Assembly: GCA_964016885.1 (NCBI GenBank)
Contig: OZ024741.1
Location: 120,466,001-120,530,000 of the forward strand
Source: Eledone cirrhosa
Taxonomy: Eukaryota
DNA length: 64,000 nt
Reading direction: 5' to 3'
The translations under genes were made by a program, and so were the position numbers. The notes under the pieces were generated by a model that saw nothing but the letters and a program-made list of their open reading frames with translations, had not been told where the DNA came from and searched no databases. Positions 52,841 through 64,000 of the stretch are shown one piece after another (the first letter of the stretch is position 1; each line of letters starts with the position of its first letter).

Positions 52841-55144
52841 CCCTTTAGCATTCACATTAATTTGTCAAATGTCATGTTTATCTATTCACATTATTTTCAG
52901 TTAATCATACTCAAGGGGTTATCAATTTTATTTGTTTGTAAATTTTTTTAATTTTCTATGTGCAGACTTGAAATTTTGTCATGTTTAAATATCAATAATT
53001 TACAACTATATATTTTTTTACCTGATTTTTTTGTTGTTAAATTTGACTTATGGGCAGGTGTAAAAGTAATGACTATGGATAAACACAAAAATTTTAACTT
53101 TGCCTTACCTGTTAGATTTGTTAAAATTACAAAAAATATCCAACAAAGACCTAGATGTTGACTTCCAACAATTTTAGCACTTTTCCGAACAGGTGAATTA
53201 ATTTAAAATGCAGGTATAATCAGTACAAGGTTTTAGTCTTTCTCTACGTAAATATTTTCATTTTAAAAAAATGTATACAACCCTTTCAGAATAATATTGG
53301 CAATGTACTCTTACACAATGTACTGAGTAGATTTACATAACAGAATGTGCCCAATATATAAGTTCATTAACAGGTGTGACACAGATGAATGCAGGTGTTT
53401 TTGTATATAATGTGTTCCACTAGATTTTTTTAATAATTTTTTCCAGTGTCAGACAATATTTCTATCGAGAAATTGGCCAAAACACCTTTTACATGGCACT
53501 TTGCAAAAGAAACAAGAGGTTTCAATTTGTTACCCTTTAACAGTTTTTCTCTTTTGCAAAGAGCATATTCAGCAAACCCTCCCATCAATTTTTTCTACTT
53601 TATGAAAATCAATATTTTCTGTTTACCTTAGATAATTTGGATTTTCTCTCAGCTTTGTGTTTGTGAGCAGTATATCCTCCACATAGCTGAGATGCAACGC
53701 CCACACAAAATTTCATGTGGCAGTAGTCCTTTGGTGGTGGCAGATCCTTGTGGCTTTTAGTGAATACAATAAAAGAATTCACTAAAAACCACAAGATATC
53801 TCCATTTCTTTCCAGAGCATCCAACTGGGTAATATGTACAATACTGTTCGGATTTGTCAACCGCACCCATATATTTATTGTAGGAGAGGTTGACTAAAGG
53901 TTTACCTTCAGCCCCAACACCTGCTTGTTGGTTAGAAGATAGGAACAAAATTTGCTGTTTGTCTTTGTATAATGTGGCTAACATGTTCCCTTTTAGCACT
54001 TTGAGTGTCCCCTATTTTAAATTTTGTAACTTCCATTTCTTGGGTAGCCCTTTGCGATTCCCATTATTGTACCACAGGTATACGTATTTACGAGGGCAAG
54101 ATCCTCTGCTAGAAACGCCAAAGCAAAAAAAAAGTCAAAATAGATGTGTCGGAATTGAGAGTGGAAGGGTTCAGTCAGAGACCACACAACATTGTATCCC
54201 AATCCATTTTTTTCTCTCTCCATCGTTTCTTTCCTGTGTAAACAGCAAAGTTTGCACAGTAGCCAGTGTCCGATTCACAGAGTCCCCACACTTTGATGCC
54301 CCATTTGGTGGGTTTAGCTGGCATATATTGTCTGAAATGCACCCTACCCTTATACCCAATCATAGCTTCAACACTAAGATTTTTTCCAGGTATATAAAGT
54401 TTTAAATTTTTCAGTTAGCATTTTAATTAATGGTTGAACTTTATACAGAGGGTCATAATTCAATTCATTTTTAATGGGGGCATTTGATGCATCAACCAGG
54501 TGCAAACGGTTTAATTTTAAATACCTTGTTTTTGGCATAATACTTGATATATAATGGTCACTAAACCTTATATCGGTGCTCCAGTAATTCCAGTCTTGGA
54601 AATTGTTTTATACAGAACATAATATTTATGATAAAAAAGGCTTGAATTTCCACAGTATCCGCCAGTCACCGTAACAAATCAGGTTTTCCTCAATTTGAAA
54701 TCTGTTATTGGGCATATCGATTAGTCTCTTCTGCCACAACTTTGAAGAAATTGTGGCAAAAACAAAAAAATAATCCAGTGCTTTAGCATCGGGAGGTAAT
54801 GCATGTTTGGAAGGAATCCAATGGCATCCTGGAGATCACTTTCACAATCATCGTCAGATATACACATCTGGTTTATTTGAAGATAAAACACTAGTACTTA
54901 CTTTTGAATGCCATCGTGTGTAAAACCTTCAAAGTCAGTATTGTTACTTCCACAAGCCATGATACACACAAAAAATATATTGTACTTTCAACGTTATAAA
55001 AACATGTTTCAAGTTGACTATATTAAGCGTTAATTTTCGCAGAATAGGGGGCCTTATCTCGAATTGAGATTTTGATGACGGTATTGTTTATTTTTAGAAT
55101 GATATTTTAGTGTGGGTGTTGTTGGCCGGTTTGAACAAAAAGGG
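52841..55144 (-). mobile_element. Near-full-length decayed piggyBac element
   Basis: TTAA-ccctttagcattc left end; FRQYMPAKPTKWGIKVW, YTCGT, YNKYMGAVD and KKWRY motifs with frameshifts. Confidence 0.88.
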
Positions 55145-55343
55145 AATCTCTCACATCAATGAGGTCAGCATTTAATCAGATTTCTCAGACTGGCTGGAGG
55201 CCTGCTTCAGATATACGTTTCCATACTACAGAGTGCACTGGGTATATTTTATCGAGGCACCCGCAGTAACGAGGTTGCCATGTCTGACACCGTCGAAAAA
55301 GCCCTTGCAAGATACTACATATGTACCATATACACTGTAACTA

Positions 55344-55508
<165 letters not shown>

Positions 55509-55539
55509 CTAAAATTAAAAGTATTTTCTTTTAATATTT

Positions 55540-55604
<65 letters not shown>

Positions 55605-56859
55605 AGCAGGGAAAAGCGGACGTAAAATGATAAAATGATAATACATACTATGTTTTGAATTCAGATTTAATAAACTCACATACTGGTTTTTCTCGTATTA
55701 CAATTATAAAACCAAACTACTATGATTAAATGTTATATGTATAGGAAAGACCGTACAAAATAAAGAGAAGTTAAATGAATTTATAAATAATTCAAATATT
55801 TCCAACTATAAAATAAAAAACACCAAAGGTTTAAAAAATAGGTTGAAAATATTTTTTCATAACATTATGATAAAAAGTTTAAAAAACATCTTTATTGAAT
55901 CTGACTTCACACAACAAAAAAAAAAAAAAAAAAAAAAAAAATGACCCAGTGTTATGTTCAACATAAATCATTCTATTACATTAGAGATAATTACTAGATA
56001 AATACTTGTTATAAGAGTCATTTGTTATTAAAAATATCTTAGCAATGAAACATTTTTAATGATTCTTCTTGATTAATTGAAATACAGTATATGTCATGAG
56101 AAATATGATAGTGAAAGAGTTAAAGTATCAGTTTCAAATTTAATAATAGCATCCTGAATTTTAAGGATTTGGAAATATACCAAATAAAATAAAACAAGCA
56201 AACAGAATGGACTTGGAACCAGACGTTTTAATTTCCAACCTGAGTTAGCAGCAATGATAAGAATGTTATCCAGAAAGAAAATGGAGTGAAAATTAACCTT
56301 TCCATTACCATTAATTCTAACAAAAGACGTAGTTTTCCAATAATTTTTCATGTAATCAAGAATTGAGGAATTTAATAAAAGTTTGGTACATATATAATTA
56401 TGATGGAAAATGTTTTTGATAAATCTAAACACTTTAAAATACACAGCATAGCCTCATAAAACTAGAAGTGTGCTTTAGCATCAAAAGGGTTGAATTTCTA
56501 TCCCAAAATTTTCAGAAGAAAGCAAACTCAATCGATCATCCTCCTAACTTTAACTGTTAAGGCAATTGAGTTTGTGATAAGATTGGACTTGTAGTCATAA
56601 GGTTGAAAAAACAATTCCTGGACATTATGTTCTTTGAGCAAGACTCTTCATTTCACATTGCTTTTCTATGATGTGACGAGAAAGGGGAAACTATCATTAA
56701 AGCTCGAGAAACCTACAACCTCATAGGTCAGCTAAACCAACATTGACAAATTTCATTTGTTTCTTCAATAACGATGAATAACGATTGTTCAGCTTTGTTC
56801 CAAAAAGTGTTAAGTCATTTTACAACATCCAATCTAAATTCACAATTATCTTAAAATTA

Positions 56860-57159
<300 letters not shown>

Positions 57160-57854
57160 TTAAGCATTGTTAGGGTTTGTTTTCAGTAAAATAAAAACAG
57201 TTTACACCTTTACCTTATAATATAATCTATATGGAGTATTTAGTTATGTGTTTATGATTGTTTTGAGAAAGCCAGTATAATGCAAATTAGAAATACAAGA
57301 GTGAAAACTAAAAATCAAAAAACATTTACACTTTTTAAGTCCATTGGCAATTGCTACTACAGCAGCCTATGGAGGCATGTAACTTAGTGGCTCACAATAA
57401 GGCCGTGGGTTCCAATCTTGCATTCCTAAGAAGAAAGATGTTTCATTTTGTGTTAATCATTATGTCACTACGAGGCCCTATCATGAATGAACACAAAAAA
57501 ACCTCCAGCTAAACTTGCTTAGGTATGGGGTATTAATTTCATTTTTTACACTAGTCTAAACATGTCACCAATCCTCCAACACAATTTCTACACAGTAGAG
57601 CACCGCTTGTCAGACATCATGCAATTTTCTTTCTTTTGAAAAGGAAGTCTTAACCTCATTAAGAAATATAAGATAAAAAGTGTAAAAGTTTTGGTTTTCC
57701 TAAAGCAACCAAATAAATATATACATCATATAATAAATATTTATGCACAAAAATTTTGGAGCTGTACTTCTCTGCCAAATGACAACCTTAGGTAGGTTGG
57801 TAGGTGTACATGTAGTGTGAGTGCGTGTGTGCACGGACATGCATCAGCTGCTTA

Positions 57855-58037
<183 letters not shown>

Positions 58038-59229
58038 CTAAACAAAAACAAATACTTCTAAAATTAGTTTCAAATATAAATTATAAGGAATAAAAACAAA
58101 AGTATTAGATAATACGTTATTCAAATCATTTGTAACTCTTGCTATCAAGAAAGAAACTATTAGTTCCTAAACTATGCATCTTTGTGAACTGGTACACCAC
58201 AAGATGTAATTGGGTGTGCTACAAAAGAGCAAGATTTATTCCGAAAAGTGAAAAACACTGAAATTTATTAAGAGGGTAAACAACTAAACTAAGAATGAAA
58301 ACATTGCAAAAAATTAAATAAATAAATAGATAAAAAAAAGTACAAATAATTTTTTATATTTTTACTTATACTATGCTAATATTTATAAACACCTCTTTTG
58401 AATAAATATTGATATGTTCCAAACATGAGAAATTAAATTACTAAATCCTTCTAAATTATTTTGAACATATTTGAAAATCAGAGACAACACCTTTCATTAG
58501 AAATATATTAACGAAAAACTTGCTTAACGAAAATATGCTACTTAAAATTCTGTAAAAAAAATGTAATCTCAATTAACAAGAGTACATTTTCCAAGAGACC
58601 AATAATCCTTTCCTTCTGGAACAAAAATGGCAAATTAATAAACTGACACTGTAATCGTGCATAATATAAAACTACACTACTTAGTGGCTATTAATTGGCT
58701 AAAAGAAAATATTTATGCTTCAATATGTTATAAGTACTATAAAAAGTACAGCATTTTTATGTTCACCTATGCTGGAATAGGTTGAACCAGACTTTCAGGC
58801 AGCATTCTGTGATCACCCTTCCTGATGCTCATCTTTATTATTAAGTGTTACTTTATTCCACTAATCTACACAGTCCAACTGCTAAGCTGTTGCTGGACAT
58901 GTTTATACAGAACAAAGGTATTTTTCTTAAGCAATAATAAGACAGTTTACTGCAAATTTTCACAACGAACTGTCCACTAGTAAACACTATAAACATTTGA
59001 ACTAACAAACCCATTTTTAGATTAGATATTCTCTGCTAAATCAGTGAAAGGAGTTAATAAAAGGAGACATTGATAATACAAAGATTGGGAACTATTAAGT
59101 ATCTGTATTTAAAGCGGAACACTTGTAGAGATCAACCAATAAAATTATAGGAATAGAACATTTTTATAACCCAAATATTTAATGAATTGAAGTAGAAAAA
59201 ATATAGTGACATAGCAATACAATTATTTA

Positions 59230-59529
<300 letters not shown>

Positions 59530-59812
59530 TTAAAGTGGAATAATGGATATATATAAAAAAAGGTGTGAAAGAACTTTACAAAAAAGCTAGCCCAACATAT
59601 ACCAGCATGGAAAAAGTGATGACAATTGTTATATTTTATGTCCATTTTCCATGTACTAATTGGACAAAACAATCTGACTACCATATATTGGGCATATTTT
59701 CTATGGCTGGATGCCTTTCCTAATGGCAACTACTTTACAGGGTGTACTTGGTGCATTGTATTGTGGCACAAGCATTACCCCTTTAACAGTGTAATTGTAA
59801 TATCAATTTTAA

Positions 59813-61541
59813 CCATGTGCCCCCTAACCACGAGTATAGTCCTGACATCAAAATGTCAATGAAAGTCAAAGCATGATGTGAGTTTGTTTACATTTTATAT
59901 TGGTAGTCAAATCAGGCCTATAGGCGTTGTATGAGGGGTACTAGTTTCTCATGTAAAACACTCGGTGATTGCCTGAATTAGGAAACTATTTTTAGTTTAA
60001 ACCATCCAGAGAATGTTTTATAAATAAATTTTGAATATAAAAGCACGTTGCAATTAATTATTACCTTTTTGAAAGGCAGAGAAAGCAACACATTTTAATA
60101 ATGATCTTTTATATCAACAAATATGGCATCAGAAAGAAACTTTTTTCGAAAGCTTTACTGAAACTGATTTAGTTGAAGCACAAAAATATGATTCTTTTAT
60201 TGACATTGATTTAATGTCAGAATCTGACTGATGATATATCAATGAATTCAAGTGAAAATGAAGACGATAGTGAACCCATGTTGGAATGGAGCGAATGATC
60301 TTCTGAAGTCGATACATTCAGAGGAAATCCTGGACAATTAAATATTTTGGATGCTGAGAAGAACGAACTAAATTTTTTCCTTTCACTTGGACGACTTGGC
60401 TTCAAACAATATCTTCTACTGGAGCCTACAAAGCACGGGATGAAAGTGAGGATGTGGGCTGATCCACAATGGCTATGTAAACAATTTCCAAGTTTATACA
60501 GGGAAAATCTTAAATCAAACAGAACAAGGACTTGAAAAAAGAGTTGTGAAGGACCTCACAAAGAACACGGGGGGGGGGGGGGGGGGGCATTGCGATTAAT
60601 TTTTTCTTTGTCAAATTCTTTCATGAATTTTTTTTTAGATGGGGCCTATAATTGCAGCATAAGAAAAAATAGAAAAGATGTGCCAAAAGCTGTTACCTCA
60701 GCAAAATTGAAACAAAGTACTACAATCCAGAGGCAAAAAGGGAACCTGGTGGCACCAGCTTGGCATTTTAAAAGGACTGCAACACTTGACCAAATTCCAG
60801 TCCCAGTGATTTTACTAGTGTCCAGTGAAAACAAGAGACCACAAAACACCACATTGGGCCACATCTCAGGGCAGTAAAAGACTACTGGCACATAAAATGG
60901 AGTGAACCATGCAGACCAGTTGAGAGCCAGCTACTGCACTGGAAGGAAGTCAAATAAATGGTGAAATATTTGTTTTATTTTGTTCATTGATGAAAGAATC
61001 CTCAATCATAAACTCCAATCTAGAAAAATCAAGGGGAAACAAATGTACCCAGTTGAGTTTCAGAATGAACCTGGCCAATCAACTTATTGGGGACTATTCC
61101 TATAAAAGGAAAATGCCTTTGGAAGAAATGCCCCAGCTTCAGTGTATTTTCTCTGAAAGAAATGCACTGGATTTTAGACTTTGGGAAAAAGAATTTGTAA
61201 GCAGTGTTCCAAATAAAATATCAGAATATGATACAGGATGGGGGGGAGGGGGGGGGGGGGGGGGGGCATGTTTTTCCTTACATTTTATATTAGAAAATTC
61301 AGTTTGGAATCTTCACTGAAAATTTATCAGCTTGGTAATAATTTTGGTATGGTCATGTTAAAAAACTATCAATTCTCACTAGGCTTAGGGAGGTAGTGTC
61401 AAAACAAAAGGAGGTTAGTGTGAAATACTAAGGAAAATAATCATATATGACCACAAGTGAAAAATGAGTTAATAAATACATTTCAACATTAACTTTTTTT
61501 GCTTCTCAGATTTTCGATCTGTAGTGAAAAATAGGCAGAGG
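59813..61541 (+). mobile_element. Older decayed piggyBac element of a different family
   Basis: FKQYLLLEPTKHGMKV, GVNHADQLRASY and FRMNLANQLIG; TTAA-cc ... gg-TTAA; boundaries approximate. Confidence 0.65.
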
Positions 61542-61576
61542 TTAAAAGAATATTGGTATAAAATTTTCCCTACTTA

Positions 61577-61759
<183 letters not shown>

Positions 61760-62758
61760 CTAACTGCCTGAAACCACCAATGGTTCAATAATACAAAAAC
61801 ATGTCGGAAAGTGTTTATATTTATCTACAAAGTTTGCCTTGCATCAATTTCATATAATAATCTTTAAATCACTAAATCTCCCTAAATTCTTCATTTGAAA
61901 AACTGTCTTTCATTGAAAATATGGTAAGGAAATGGTTAACTTGCAATTCTATAACCAAAAAATATCTAAATCCTGCAACATTCTAACCTAAGACCACAGA
62001 AGAGCTTTGTTTATTTTAATTTTTGTTTTATACCAACTGCCCAAAAAGTTCCTATTTCTATAAAACCAAGCTACCCATTTTAAACAGTTTATTCAAATTA
62101 CTATGACAAAGCAATTAAAATCCAAGGTTTTAAAGACTGCCAAAGATTTACTGATTTATCTTCCCTTGGCTAAAGCAAACCTGAACCAATTTCCTGTTTC
62201 CTATTACTGCAATTTAAATGTTGAAATTTAGAAAATTGATTCAAAGCAAACCCCAAGGTGTGAGAAAAACTTTAAAAAAAATTTTTTAAACATGCTACAA
62301 AAGGCTAAATATTGTTACTTCATAGATGATGTAGAACACAAAGCTCTCTAAGTAAAACAACAAAAATGACTCATGGTTAGTCCATTCGTAATAAGTTTTA
62401 AAAGGGCAGATGAGCTCTTCTGAGTCAACGGGCATCCACCCCAACTGTGGGTTAAATTAGCTTCACCAACCCGCAATTGACCAAGCATGGTGAGTATGGC
62501 TACACCAGATATGACCAAAACCAAACAAAGCAGTTGAAATCAACCACGGAAGGATTCTTCAAACATAAGTGACAGGGCCCTGGATTAGATTGAAATTAAA
62601 ATTTTTCAAACTTAATTTAATTTTAAGAACTTTTTGTTAAGCTTATGTTACAAATACCACCTAAATATGGAAATAATTTTAGCAAATCACTTCAAATTTT
62701 TTCAATAATTAAAATGCAGTGTATTTTATTAGATAAGGTTAAATTAAATATTTAACTA

Positions 62759-62863
<105 letters not shown>

Positions 62864-63770
62864 CTACAAGGAGTAAAAAAAAAAAAAAAAAAAAATTAAT
62901 AAAAATTCAAATCTTATATTTATCTTCAGTAACCATTAGTGAGAGTCCCACTTAGATTTACCAAGTTAACTACAGCATATATCTGCAATATTCATCAGGA
63001 ATTCATATATGTAATATTCTTTTATTATTGGTTTCAGTCACACAGCAGCCATGCTGGAGCACTCACTGCCTTGAAGGTATTTTAAATTAATCATAACTCC
63101 AGACATTTTTTTTTTTTCAAGCCTGGTACTTATTTTATTAAAACACTAAAGACGCACACATAGATGACAGGCTTCCAGTCCATCAGAGATTGTTGCTGGA
63201 AAAGCGAAGAAGAATCAAACTAGTCATCTGCATAATCAATCAGGTAATATCCAATGAATGGCACAACTGTGCATTGTGTCCTTTCACACTGCTCCAATTC
63301 ACTCACCAGATAAAATTAGTTGTACCTCTAATTCAAAAGGCTAGCCTGATTACAGTTAAGCCAAATCTCATAGCATTTAAATCGGCCATATCCAGCCAGA
63401 ATTCTAATTTTTTTTTCTGTTCAAACCGACAATAACTGACTGCTCATACTTGTTACGGTATTGTTATCAAAATAAATATCAAAATCTCGTGATTCGATAT
63501 GTGAGATAAAGTGCTTATCATGAAAATACAATAATAAACAGAGTAATGTAAATGCTAAAGGGTTGAGATTGCACATGTTTAGCCACTTGCCCATTAATTT
63601 CATGGGCATGCTATTCCATAAGTCAAACAACTGGTACTTTTGTTGGAACTGAGACATTGAACACAAAAACATGTGTGGGTGAGAGAGACAGCGCGTGTGA
63701 GTGTTTAATATTTGTAAATTAATACCACCACTATTCAATAGATAACTGCTGTATAAAATGCAATACTTAC

Positions 63771-63844
63771 TGGTATATCAATAGGTCCTTGCTCATATAG
63801 AGCATTCAAAATTGGAACCAAGAATGCAGCTGTTTTGCCAGAGC
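63771..63844 (-). CDS. DDX3: DDX3 exon (Walker A); earlier exons lie beyond the window
   Basis: GSGKTAAFLVPIL; ctag|...|gtaagt. Confidence 0.93.
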
Positions 63845-64000
63845 CTAGAAAAAGAATTCCAGTGGTTAGATTGATTAAACTTTTTACACTACATTTCTTC
63901 AAGGAAGTTGTTTTTACATAACATTAGTCCATTGTTTTTACATCCACTTTTTCATGTTAGCTCATTGTAAATGTATGTGTGTGTCAGAAGTATGCAGTAA

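Overview
Eukaryotic, AT-rich, microsatellite-dense animal DNA. The repeat style suggests a coleoid cephalopod such as Octopus (inference only). Two spliced genes converge tail-to-tail. On +, 14 coding exons (8400-36666) form the 3' part of an ankyrin/armadillo-repeat gene (ANKAR); its 5' exons lie upstream of the window. On -, 9 coding exons (63844 down to 45475) form the 3' part of a DDX3/PL10/belle DEAD-box helicase, probably with a ~5 kb 3'UTR. Introns hold many decayed transposons: a Penelope-like element (RT + GIY-YIG), R4/Dong, Tx1/L1, CR1 and RTE LINE pieces, two internally deleted mariners, two Chapaev3-like elements, four piggyBac copies, a Helitron remnant, tRNA-derived SINEs and minisatellites. 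The most notable signal is a dispersed set of short, (TA)n-embedded, often fold-back elements. About nine loci carry minimal type-I hammerhead ribozyme motifs, one of them homologous to the hammerhead in the Penelope 3' region. One subfamily keeps an ATGCAAAT octamer and an AT-rich box upstream of the ribozyme. All coordinates were read by eye; family names come from remembered motifs, not database searches.
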